Origin: Promethearchaeota archaeon
Lineage (GTDB): Archaea > Asgardarchaeota > Lokiarchaeia > Sigyniarchaeales > SOKP01
Length of the DNA: 64,000 bases
Assembly (NCBI GenBank): GCA_048941285.1
Contig: JBHLNS010000009.1
Coordinates: 1-64,000 of the forward strand
Direction of reading: 5' to 3'
Part shown: piece after piece, positions 18,198 to 27,357 of the stretch
Layout: every line of letters begins with the position of its first letter
How positions within the stretch are numbered: the stretch's first letter is position 1
The notes under the pieces: model-generated
The model's input: only the letters and a program-made list of their open reading frames with translations
Database searches by the model: none
What the model was told of the DNA's origin: nothing
Translations under genes and position numbers: made by a program

Positions 18198-19166
18198 TTA
18201 TTTAGTTATTTTCCAATTTAATTCGATTGAGATAATTTTTAAAGCATCGATTAATGGTTTAACAAGCTTCTTATCATAAATATTTGGAGATGCCATCCCT
18301 TTCTGGGCTTTCCAACCCATCTGAGTTCCATCCCCCATCTCCCTCTGACCAAACTTCAAAATATTACTCAAATCACGAACCCACCAATAGAATCTTAACC
18401 ATTTTTTATTTGGATTATCCTTAGAATAAATTACAGCTAAAGCTTTCCATTCTCCCATTAACCATTTAAGGGTTATCCCACTTACTGGCAAATAATAGTT
18501 TATGGGAAAATTTGCATGGAATCGAAGATCAAGATCCTTAGGTTGAATATTAAATATTGGTTGATTATAACCTTCTAATATGACAATTTCTCCGCAATGC
18601 TGACACTCGTAATGGGATTTCATTTTATCCATTTTTTTCTGGCATTTAGGACAAGTTTTATTTTCAAGAATCCTATATCTTATTATCTCTAGAGTTTTTT
18701 CATTTTCTAATTCCTCTTCAGTTTTTTGTTTTTGTTTTCCAAATTTTCCACTCCAAGTCCAGAGATCATCAAATGATGCATCAATTTTTTCCAAAGCTAT
18801 AATTGTGTTATTTAAAACAAATTTATCATAAATTTTAAACATACCAGCATGTTGATAATTTTTCCACCATGATAATCTTACGTATTGTTCTTCCTTTAAA
18901 TAGGGACTATGACAGATTAATGCAGCGAATAATCGATTATCAGTTTTATAAATTGTAATGCCTTGTTCACAAATTTCATATTGCTTATTCAAGCTTGCAT
19001 TTCTGTGAAAAAATTCACCTTCTTGAAAACCTCCTGCTTCAGTTTCCTTTTTTTCTTTTGTTTCTATATCGTTATCCTTTTCTTTAATAATTTTTTTACA
19101 TTGGGGGCATTGAAAAATTCCTGCTACTAAAGGTTCCATCTGAATATCGCAAGCGGGGCATTTCAA
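18198..19166 (-). CDS. Internally duplicated protein: 2 x (C4 Zn ribbon plus beta-rich domain)
   Basis: CPAC..CPQC and CPKC..CQHC; repeated YVRLSWWK/WLRFYWWV and KIYDK/NIYDK. Confidence 0.8.
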   Translation of the reverse strand: MKCPACDIQMEPLVAGIFQCPQCKKIIKEKDNDIETKEKKETEAGGFQEGEFFHRNASLNKQYEICEQGITIYKTDNRLFAALICHSPYLKEEQYVRLSWWKNYQHAGMFKIYDKFVLNNTIIALEKIDASFDDLWTWSGKFGKQKQKTEEELENEKTLEIIRYRILENKTCPKCQKKMDKMKSHYECQHCGEIVILEGYNQPIFNIQPKDLDLRFHANFPINYYLPVSGITLKWLMGEWKALAVIYSKDNPNKKWLRFYWWVRDLSNILKFGQREMGDGTQMGWKAQKGMASPNIYDKKLVKPLIDALKIISIELNWKITK

Positions 19167-19168
19167 TT

Positions 19169-20269
19169 TTAATCATCACCACTCATTATTAATAGTCGTT
19201 CATAATCTAAATTTAATAATTTTAATTCTTTTTCTGCTATGTTTGTAATCTTATCATTAATTAGAACCAATTTTTTTCTGAGTTCAATTAAAATATTTTG
19301 TATATTCTCTAGGATCCCTTCTTCATTAAAAGAGATTTTTTCAATGAATTTTAAATAACTATTTTTTCTTTCCTTCCCAGAATAAAGCTTTTTCAAATCC
19401 ATCAATCCTATATTGATTTCTTCAAGCTGGTTCCTATATTTTAATAATGATAATAATTGAGAATTCCAATCTTTAAAGATATCAACATCTTTATTAATCT
19501 TTTCATATTTAAATTTATCAGAAAGTTCTACTTTCTCATCTTTAAGATATTGAATTATTTCTTTATTTTCTTCTATTGCTTTGTTGATTTTTTTTACAAT
19601 TAATTTTGTATTTAATACTGGATCAAAAATTTTAATGAATTCATTAATTTTTTCCTGTATTTCTCTAAACCTTTGAATAAATCCCTCAATTGTAAATTCA
19701 ATTTTAATCGCTTGGTAAATATTCCCAAATTGATCCAAAATATAATAAAGATCATCCGATAATGTATAATCATGTTCGCCAATACCAAAAATAAGGCTAT
19801 GAATTACATTGCTTTTTTCACATCGTACACCCTTTAGCCTGGTTAGTGCTAAATTAAAATTCCTACGATTTAGAAATTTAAATTTTTTATTAATTATTAA
19901 AAATAATGTATCTTCAGGAACAGAGATAGTAACATTTTCTATAGTTATTGTTTCTTCTCCTAACTTTAAAATAAAATCATCTTCTTTTTGCTCAAATTCT
20001 CGCAAACTTCGAATATTCTTAATTAATCCTAAATCAATATAGATTTCGATAAATTCCTTGTTCCAAAATTTTAAAATGTTACTCTTATAAATATCATCTA
20101 AAATAAGTACTCTTTCATAGGATTCAATAAGAATATTATCGCTTAAGTCTTTAAATAAATCATTTCTAATAACATATAAGAAAAGAATGATATATCTCAT
20201 GTCTAAGTTATCGAGAACGCTATCTATTAAGGTTTGATCATGTTCTAAGGTTAAATTTCTATGTTCCAT
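19169..20269 (-). CDS. Hypothetical protein with possible N-terminal winged helix and C-terminal coiled coil
   Basis: First gene of the operon; ATG 20269 preferred over the track start 20344; C-terminal heptads. Confidence 0.75.
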   Translation of the reverse strand: MEHRNLTLEHDQTLIDSVLDNLDMRYIILFLYVIRNDLFKDLSDNILIESYERVLILDDIYKSNILKFWNKEFIEIYIDLGLIKNIRSLREFEQKEDDFILKLGEETITIENVTISVPEDTLFLIINKKFKFLNRRNFNLALTRLKGVRCEKSNVIHSLIFGIGEHDYTLSDDLYYILDQFGNIYQAIKIEFTIEGFIQRFREIQEKINEFIKIFDPVLNTKLIVKKINKAIEENKEIIQYLKDEKVELSDKFKYEKINKDVDIFKDWNSQLLSLLKYRNQLEEINIGLMDLKKLYSGKERKNSYLKFIEKISFNEEGILENIQNILIELRKKLVLINDKITNIAEKELKLLNLDYERLLIMSGDD

Positions 20270-20457
20270 ACCTAAAATCCACTCATCTTTTTTAAAATAG
20301 CAAAAACATTTCAGTGAAAAAGAGTAATTATAATAATAAATCATTCCTAAAAAATTTTACTAAAAGCCTTTAAAGTTTTTCACTAAAAGCAAAAATATTT
20401 TAGTTTCCCCTTTCTTTATTCTATTTGAAAATTGATATATTTTTATTGTATTAAAGT

Positions 20458-21045
20458 GTGATCTCAATGGGAAGAAGAAAGCGTAAACAAGTAAGCCCAA
20501 AACGTGTAAAAAGAGTCCCAAAAATCTTTACTTGCCCAGAATGTGGTGAGAAAAGTGTAAAAGTGACAGATTTAAAAAAGAAAGGGGCATTTGCTACTGT
20601 AAAGTGTGGAAATTGTGGTTTAACCAAAGAAGTATTAGTAAATTCAATTTCAGAGCCCGTTGATGCATTTGGGGATTTTATTGATATTTATTATGCAGAT
20701 CAAGAACTATTAAGATTAGAAAAACGTATTGTTAAATTAAAAAAAGAAAATGAATGGGGAGAACTTGCTTTAGCCTACTCTATTTTATCAGACCTATGTA
20801 AAACAAAAGCAGCAATTTTATTGGAAGAAGATGATGTGAATTTAGATGAAGTTGATAATTGGAAAATGCAAGCTGAGAAATATAAACAGCTTGAAAAAGA
20901 CGCCATATTAAAACTTGACACTGAAGAACTAGAACGAGGAGTCCGAACTGATGAAGAATCGTTATTTACTGAAAGTGATACAAAGATAAAAAAAGAACGG
21001 AAAATTGATGATATTTTTGATGATCCAGGATTTTTAGAGTTTTAA
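20458..21045 (+). CDS. elf1: Transcription elongation factor Elf1 with C-terminal helical/acidic extension
   Basis: MGRRKRK...FTCPECG...CGNCG...EPVDAFGDFID; probable start ATG 20467. Confidence 0.85.
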   Translation: MISMGRRKRKQVSPKRVKRVPKIFTCPECGEKSVKVTDLKKKGAFATVKCGNCGLTKEVLVNSISEPVDAFGDFIDIYYADQELLRLEKRIVKLKKENEWGELALAYSILSDLCKTKAAILLEEDDVNLDEVDNWKMQAEKYKQLEKDAILKLDTEELERGVRTDEESLFTESDTKIKKERKIDDIFDDPGFLEF

Positions 21046-21246
21046 AAAGGAATATTTTTAATATTTATTCTCTTGAAAAATTAATTTCAGAGATTTACTA
21101 ATTCTTTTACTGGAGGTGTTGATTTAGGAAGTAAAATATCTCCTAAAGATTTAGCAGAAAGGTTCTCAAATAAAAAGACTAGCAATTAGTTTTATTCAAA
21201 ATAAAAAAATTTAGAATAAAAGACTGCATATTTATAGAATATTGTA

Positions 21247-21693
21247 TTACGTCTGTTTACGTTTTGCAAAGAGCTGCTTTAATTCCCCCATAATTGCTCC
21301 TCTAAGTGATACTGGACTAGCAGGACGGCCAGGGGTGGGAACAGGACCTGAACCTCCAGGGGGACCTCCAGGTGGGCCTCCTGGTGGTGGTGGTGGAGGA
21401 CCTCCAGGTGGACCTCCAGATGCACGCGCTGTAACAGGAGTTACCGCAGTTGGTGTTGTTACGGGAGCGCCTCCCGATCTGAGTGATGAAATTTGATTAT
21501 TTAAAGAATTAATTTGGTTTTGTAAATTTGAAACTTTCTCATTTACAGAGCCTAAGGATTGATCGACCAAATCAGGGATGCGTAAGACAATAGACATTAT
21601 CTTTTCAATAATATCGCCAAAAGCATTTAACTTTTCTTCTAATGGCGCTTTTCGAGTACTATCTAAGAAGCTTGCAAATTCTTCAGCACACAT
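21247..21693 (-). CDS. Coiled-coil plus polyproline plus basic C-terminal helix protein (Ena/VASP-like architecture)
   Basis: VSNLQNQINSLNNQISSL, GGPPGGPPPPPPGGPPGGPP, C-terminal GAIMGELKQLFAKRKQT. Confidence 0.8.
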   Translation of the reverse strand: MCAEEFASFLDSTRKAPLEEKLNAFGDIIEKIMSIVLRIPDLVDQSLGSVNEKVSNLQNQINSLNNQISSLRSGGAPVTTPTAVTPVTARASGGPPGGPPPPPPGGPPGGPPGGSGPVPTPGRPASPVSLRGAIMGELKQLFAKRKQT

Positions 21694-21821
21694 ATAAACT
21701 CTTTAAGTCTGGTAATTTTTTATATTATCTAGTAATTTAATAGATTTTAGTTTAATAAATTTAAGTTTAAGCTCAAATCAATTTTTAAAAAAAATGTATA
21801 AAAGAAAAGTAAAATTTTTTT

Positions 21822-22451
21822 TTAACTCAATTCAGTAATAGTATCTTTTAATTTAATCCAGAGCGTATTGATCTCATCTCTTACCTCAGTGAATTGATAT
21901 ATTTTTTTTATTAATATATCTCGTGCTCTGTCAAAATCTCTTTGAACATCATTTAATTCTTGGTCCAGGAGATTTAATTTATCGCCATCAATTAGTTTAT
22001 TTTTCGCTTTTTCAGCATCTAGAGCTTTTTTTATTACAATTGTTCTTTTGTCAGCGAGTTCTGATAATGCATTAACGAATTCTTCTTTTTTTTGTACTAA
22101 ATATTCTTTTTGCACAGCAAGATCTTTTATCGCATTTAAATATTTATTGTTTGCTTTAATATAATCGTCATTTTTTGAGATAATATCCTTATATAAGTTT
22201 ACTTCTTCATCTTTAATGTTAGACCTATGTTCTCGAGCAAGAGTTTGCATTTGTTTTAATACATCTCTAAAAACTCGGTTTAGCATCTCACGAGTTATAT
22301 TTGCTTTAGTTACATTTTCTGCATATTTCAATTGAGAACTAATGAGATTTTTCTGCGCTTTAGCCAGTTTCTTAAATTGAGAGACGAGGTCTTTCTCAGC
22401 CTTTGCTAATATTAATTCATCTTCATGCGTAATTATAGGACTCATTTTCAA
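21822..22451 (-). CDS. All-helical protein, possibly BAR-domain-like
   Basis: 209 aa of long amphipathic helices with almost no Pro or Gly; fold is inferred. Confidence 0.6.
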   Translation of the reverse strand: MKMSPIITHEDELILAKAEKDLVSQFKKLAKAQKNLISSQLKYAENVTKANITREMLNRVFRDVLKQMQTLAREHRSNIKDEEVNLYKDIISKNDDYIKANNKYLNAIKDLAVQKEYLVQKKEEFVNALSELADKRTIVIKKALDAEKAKNKLIDGDKLNLLDQELNDVQRDFDRARDILIKKIYQFTEVRDEINTLWIKLKDTITELS

Positions 22452-22538
22452 TCCCTCTCTATTGTTTTTTACAGTATTTTAAAAATTCCGTAAATGATTT
22501 ACTCATTTTGAATATTATAAAATTATTAATATTTAAGT

Positions 22539-23573
22539 TTATATTGAAAAGGATGCTGTTAAAATATTATCTTTGTAATTAGCTTTTATAATTTTAGCTT
22601 CAATATAATTTCCAATAAAATTTTCTGGTTTAATAATTGGCTTGTTTAATAATATCTTTATACCGAAATTATTACTAATTTTACCAATAAATTCCTTTTC
22701 CCATCGTCCCTTAGAAATAACTTTCAATCTTAATATTTCATTTTTTCGAACTTTCAAGGATGCACCAGTTTTTCGCTTATGAATTCCAAAATCATTTGGT
22801 CCCAATTTTAATTTTATATTGTACTTTTTTTCAAGAGAAGATAATTGATTATAAAAATAACCCCAACTTTTTGGTCTAATTTTCTTCAATTTTCTCCCCG
22901 TTTTATAAATAAGATATTTTTGGATACCTATTTGAATTTTTTTATCACTATAACCCATTTTCCTTAGATCTTTGACAAGTTTTATGATGTCCTCAATATC
23001 GTTATCATTTTCCCCTGGAAACCAGACAGGGGCTAGTAACACATTAATTGTGGTATTTAGTAATCGTGAGATATTTTTCAATAAATTATTTAAATCGTAA
23101 TTTTTACTATTGCATAAATAATTAACCTTTTCTGAATTTAGCGAATTTAAACTGATATTTATTCGTGTTACTTTAACTTCTTCTAATCGTTTAATTATAT
23201 TTTCAGTTAACAATAACCCATTCGTCTGCAATGATATAGTTTCAATTCCTTTTATCTTCCAGATTTCTTTAATTAAATTGAATATTTCTGGATAAAGCAG
23301 GATTTCTCCATATGGAGCAAAATGAATCTCTATGTTATAATATCCTTTGGCATTAACTATTTCTCTTATTTTATTAATTAAATAGTCAGGATCAACGACA
23401 AAATTTGTATTATAATCTCCAGCACTTACAAAACAATATTTGCATTTCAAGTTACATAAGGTTAAAGGTTTTATTTCAATGACATTTGTGCCCCTATCAA
23501 TTATCCCGAGAAAATCTACTCCAAATAATGGGATCTCTGATTTTTCATCTACATAAATAATCTCTTTTGTCAT
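22539..23573 (-). CDS. Radical SAM protein with C-terminal OB/TRAM-like domain
   Basis: GIIDRGTNVIEIKP and CNLKCKYC (CxxxCxxC), QTNG. Confidence 0.9.
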   Translation of the reverse strand: MTKEIIYVDEKSEIPLFGVDFLGIIDRGTNVIEIKPLTLCNLKCKYCFVSAGDYNTNFVVDPDYLINKIREIVNAKGYYNIEIHFAPYGEILLYPEIFNLIKEIWKIKGIETISLQTNGLLLTENIIKRLEEVKVTRINISLNSLNSEKVNYLCNSKNYDLNNLLKNISRLLNTTINVLLAPVWFPGENDNDIEDIIKLVKDLRKMGYSDKKIQIGIQKYLIYKTGRKLKKIRPKSWGYFYNQLSSLEKKYNIKLKLGPNDFGIHKRKTGASLKVRKNEILRLKVISKGRWEKEFIGKISNNFGIKILLNKPIIKPENFIGNYIEAKIIKANYKDNILTASFSI

Positions 23574-23581
23574 GATATGTT

Positions 23582-24655
23582 TCAGAGTTTATATCGTAAA
23601 ATTCCTATAATTGATCCTAGACCTATTAGTTGCTCACCTGTTAGATTTTCTGTGCTCATGATATTAATCTCTCCACCAGTTTTTTCAACATTTGTTATAA
23701 TTTCTTCAATTTTTAGCTTATTTTGTTTTGAAGAGCCTCTAATTAAAACATCCGCTATTAATAATTCTTTAATTGCTCCTTTTTCAGAAGCAATAAACAC
23801 TTCATCAAGGCCTATGGCAATAAGATCAGCATCAATAGCAAATTGTCTCATTACATTTTCTATTTGTTCAGATTCCTGCAACACTTTTATTTTATTCCTA
23901 AAATTTTCTAACTTATTTGATTTTAAAGCTTCTCTAATTCCGCTTTCAGTCCCAGAACTAGTATGGAACGTCTCAATTTTACCTTTAAAATTAAAACCTG
24001 GTTCTTTTTGAAGAAAATTTATAAAATTGTCTTTGGTATTTCCAGGTCCACATACTATGATTAAGTTTATTTCCACGTTCTTTATATTTTCTATTATTAC
24101 CTTCTCAATTTCGGTAAAGAATTCACTTAATGCCTTATTTCGATAAGTTTGTTTGTATCGTTTACCAGGTATGTTTTTTCTGATTGTAGCTATCCTATTA
24201 TGGCTAAAATTTGTGATAAGAGCTAAGTTTGCCAATCCCGTTTCAATTGCAATAATTAATGTAATAAAATTTGATTCAAATTTCGATGTTTCTTTTAGTC
24301 TTCTTAATTCATTTTTCAACCAATTTTCTTTAATTATTGTTAACGTTTGAGAAACTTCTACATTAAAGGTATGGTAGCTTCCAAAGCTAACATAATCGTC
24401 TGGACCTTCTAAAATTTTACCTTTTATTCTTAATCGATTTGAAAATTCATGAAAAGATATTGATTCAACTTTGAGTTTTAATTTCATTAATTTACGTTCG
24501 CCCGAAGTTCCCTCTTTAAGAACAACTCTTCTTTGAGTAAGGGAAGAAACTTCATCATCTTTATTGATAATATTATAGAGTGACCATAGATCATTAAGAT
24601 TTTCTATCTTAACGGTAATCTCTCCATGCTTTTGATCCATAGCAAGAATTTTCAA
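23582..24655 (-). CDS. pelA: Pelota/Dom34 ribosome-rescue factor
   Basis: DLWSLYNII, FHEFSNRLRIKGKI, GSYHT, IPGKRY, GPGNTK, LGSIIGILRY. Confidence 0.95.
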   Translation of the reverse strand: MKILAMDQKHGEITVKIENLNDLWSLYNIINKDDEVSSLTQRRVVLKEGTSGERKLMKLKLKVESISFHEFSNRLRIKGKILEGPDDYVSFGSYHTFNVEVSQTLTIIKENWLKNELRRLKETSKFESNFITLIIAIETGLANLALITNFSHNRIATIRKNIPGKRYKQTYRNKALSEFFTEIEKVIIENIKNVEINLIIVCGPGNTKDNFINFLQKEPGFNFKGKIETFHTSSGTESGIREALKSNKLENFRNKIKVLQESEQIENVMRQFAIDADLIAIGLDEVFIASEKGAIKELLIADVLIRGSSKQNKLKIEEIITNVEKTGGEINIMSTENLTGEQLIGLGSIIGILRYKL

Positions 24656-24800
24656 ATCTTGACTGTCTCACTAAAAAATTCTATTTATTTATAATAAATT
24701 CAAAATTTAAGAAAAGCTTAATTCAATTTGATTACAAAATTAATAAAAATAATATAAATAAAAAAGATAAAAACAAAATGTATTAAATATTTAACAGCCT

Positions 24801-24953
24801 TTATTTTTCTCCTAAAGCTTTTTTAACTTTTTCTAATTCTTCCATACGCTTTCTTTTTTCTTCCTCTCTTCTCTTTAACTCTGCTTCATCGACTTTTTGA
24901 AGTGAAACACCTTTTTTAATTTCTTCTTGTAATTCTTTATCTACTGGAGCCAA
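24801..24953 (-). CDS. 50-aa microprotein with a WH2-like motif (MAPVDKELQEEIKKGVSLQKVDEAELKRREEEKRKRMEELEKVKKALGEK); not in ORF track
   Basis: TTG start with SD-like AAAGGTG upstream, TAA stop; LxxxIxxGxxLxKV motif followed by an E/K/R-rich helix. Confidence 0.75.
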   Translation of the reverse strand: MAPVDKELQEEIKKGVSLQKVDEAELKRREEEKRKRMEELEKVKKALGEK

Positions 24954-25044
24954 TTTTATTGAACACCTTTTACTTTATATTGTCCTAAAATAATTAAATT
25001 AATATTTACACAAAATATATTAGAATTTATTTATAAGTTTAAGT

Positions 25045-25518
25045 TTATAGAGAGTCCATTTCCAATTCCATTAAATAGGCACTTTCTCCCGATTGATAAT
25101 AATTTTTAAGTATCTCGGGATTTTTTTTGAATTTAAATTTTTCATATAATTTTATAGCGTTTGAATTACTTATTTGAACGTTTAATACAATCTTTTTAAT
25201 TTCTTTTACTTTTTTTAGTTCTTCTATGGTTTTTTGAAGAAGGAATGAACCATAACCTTTATTTTGAAATTTTGGTTTTATAAGAAAATTAATCATATTT
25301 GCTCTCTCTTTTTGATCTCTTATAACTATAATAAAACCAATTAATTTTTTTTTTCCTTTGTTATTTTCTAATTTTAGAAAGAGTGCATTATTTTCTAATA
25401 GATTTCTCAGTAAATCCTTAGAAAAAGCATTCTTCTTGAAAATTTTTTGCTCAAGATTCACAATTTTTTTTAAATCTTTTGTTGTTACTTTTTTAATTTC
25501 CATTAAAACCATATTCAT
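25045..25518 (-). CDS. GNAT N-acetyltransferase (RimI/Ard1-like)
   Basis: FQNKGYGSFL, LNVQISNSNAIKLYEKF, NYYQSGESAYLM. Confidence 0.88.
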   Translation of the reverse strand: MNMVLMEIKKVTTKDLKKIVNLEQKIFKKNAFSKDLLRNLLENNALFLKLENNKGKKKLIGFIIVIRDQKERANMINFLIKPKFQNKGYGSFLLQKTIEELKKVKEIKKIVLNVQISNSNAIKLYEKFKFKKNPEILKNYYQSGESAYLMELEMDSL

Positions 25519-26644
25519 CCATAAATATTTTTAAGGGAGTTTTTTCTGTTATTTGCTGATATTTTAATTCTCTAAAAGGTGTTGTTTCTATTACGAAGCC
25601 TTTTAATTTATACCTTTCTATTAAAGATATTACTTGATCGTTAATTGAAATATAGAAGGGCATTCTAATATATTTTTCAGTATAGGAAAGCAGTTTACTA
25701 TGAATTTTTAATTCATAGAGTAAATCCTTATATAATTTGACCAAATCTTTTTCTCCCCCTTCAATTTGTCCAAATAATAAAAGACCTTCCTCAGTGATTA
25801 CTTCATAAGGTAATTTAATATTTTTAGCTCTGCGAAGATATCTATTTTTCAATTGATGGTAATCTTTCGCCCGTATGGAACAAAAATGGATCTTTAAAGA
25901 AATTTCCGATCCTAATTTTCGCATTAGACTAATTGCTGTTTCTCTGCTATTAACAACAGATGCGATTGAATCTTTTTTTAATTCGAATCCTCTAGACTTA
26001 AGTGATTGACTATTAGGAAAACAGTATTCGAATTCATTTATATTAATAAAATCTGCTCCGATATTATCTAAATAAAATATCAATTCCTCAAGGGATTTTT
26101 TTCTTTCTTCTCCAGGGATTGCTGGAACTTCAGCACCTACACTCATCTCCCAATCTAGAGCCTCTTTAATATTTTTCCAGTTTTTTTTCGCGGGGTGAAA
26201 TCGTAATTCATCCAATCCCGCAAGAGAAAGTCTTTTAGCAATATTTTGATTAAAGTTAATACCATTTGTATATAAATGGATGTGAAACCTTCTTCCTTTA
26301 ATACCTTTAATATAATTAATATAATCTACAGTTTTTTCTAAATTTTTCTCTGAAAGTGGTTCTCCCCCTGTAATACTCATTCCTTGAGCATCCATCATGT
26401 TAATTTCTTGTAATAATTCATCTTTATTTTTAATTTGCACTTCATTGGCGAATGTTATATCTTTACCTCTCCTTTCATCTGAAATAGGACAGTACCAATA
26501 ACAATGATCAGGTTTTTGACAGATACCATTTAAAAATAAAACTAATTTAGATCCTCTTAAACAATATTTACATCCTTTAGGAATACCTTTTCCTTTAATA
26601 TAGTAAGTTTCTTCCTTATTTTTTACTAATTTTGCTTTTTTCAT
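25493..26644 (-). CDS. Radical SAM protein (COG2108-like)
   Basis: PKGCKYC, C..CYWYCP, SITGGEPL, HIHLYT, LDELRFHP, NINEFE. Confidence 0.88.
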   Translation of the reverse strand: MKKAKLVKNKEETYYIKGKGIPKGCKYCLRGSKLVLFLNGICQKPDHCYWYCPISDERRGKDITFANEVQIKNKDELLQEINMMDAQGMSITGGEPLSEKNLEKTVDYINYIKGIKGRRFHIHLYTNGINFNQNIAKRLSLAGLDELRFHPAKKNWKNIKEALDWEMSVGAEVPAIPGEERKKSLEELIFYLDNIGADFININEFEYCFPNSQSLKSRGFELKKDSIASVVNSRETAISLMRKLGSEISLKIHFCSIRAKDYHQLKNRYLRRAKNIKLPYEVITEEGLLLFGQIEGGEKDLVKLYKDLLYELKIHSKLLSYTEKYIRMPFYISINDQVISLIERYKLKGFVIETTPFRELKYQQITEKTPLKIFMDEYGFNGN

Positions 26645-27348
26645 ATTTTAAATAATTTTTTTCTTATGATGGATTTCTTTTTTGCTAAGCTTTTTAAAAC
26701 GTCTTCTGTGGTTTCGTTAATCTGGATTGATCTTTTCAGAAATACTCCAGTTCTTCCATACTTTTCTCTTCTTAAAAGGACTTTCTTTCTTTCATTTAAA
26801 GTGCCAATACTAATACCTAATTCTTTCGCTATATGAGCTTCATTCCCAATTATTGAAATTTCTTCGTGTCCTTGAGAATTTGGTTTGATTAATACTAGTC
26901 TTTTATCTATACCCATTACTCGTAAATCTGATTTCAATTGATTTATATCTATTTTCCCTCCAAAATCATAGAATTCCATATTTTTTTTGTCAAGTCTAGA
27001 TAAAGGCAATGTGATACAATCTAATTCACTTAAATGGATATACAATTTAATAGAATCTACGGGTGTAGCCATTAATATTTCCCTAAAATAATTTTTATAG
27101 TTGTTTTTTTCTAAAACAAGCTCTATTTGGAATGGAGGAATTTGTTGAAAAAAAACAATATCGATATCACTATCTTCGTGAACATCACCACGAGCTATAC
27201 TTCCGTGAACGATTGGATTGAACCCTTCTTTAGCAAACATCTCTAATAAATTTAAAGCAGTTTTCCTTTTTTTTTTAAAGAGAATCCAATCTTCTTTAGA
27301 GTATATTATTTTTTCACAATGATCTCTTAAAATTTTTTCTTTTTTCAT
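26641..27348 (-). CDS. Nucleotidyltransferase-domain protein (COG2413-like)
   Basis: HGSIARGDVHEDSDIDI, FYDFGG, GIDKRL, GRTGVF. Confidence 0.88.
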   Translation of the reverse strand: MKKEKILRDHCEKIIYSKEDWILFKKKRKTALNLLEMFAKEGFNPIVHGSIARGDVHEDSDIDIVFFQQIPPFQIELVLEKNNYKNYFREILMATPVDSIKLYIHLSELDCITLPLSRLDKKNMEFYDFGGKIDINQLKSDLRVMGIDKRLVLIKPNSQGHEEISIIGNEAHIAKELGISIGTLNERKKVLLRREKYGRTGVFLKRSIQINETTEDVLKSLAKKKSIIRKKLFKI

Positions 27349-27357
27349 AACTAAATA

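Noticed and set aside
21085-21185. Intergenic hairpin TTTAGGA/TCCTAAA and a 32-codon minus-strand ORF
   Set aside because: Short stems with no C/D or H/ACA boxes and no start context; may only be a terminator region between convergent genes.
21242-21496. Plus-strand Gly/Pro ORF and GC-rich short repeats
   Set aside because: Antisense shadow of the polyproline-encoding minus-strand gene; the repeats are codon-level.
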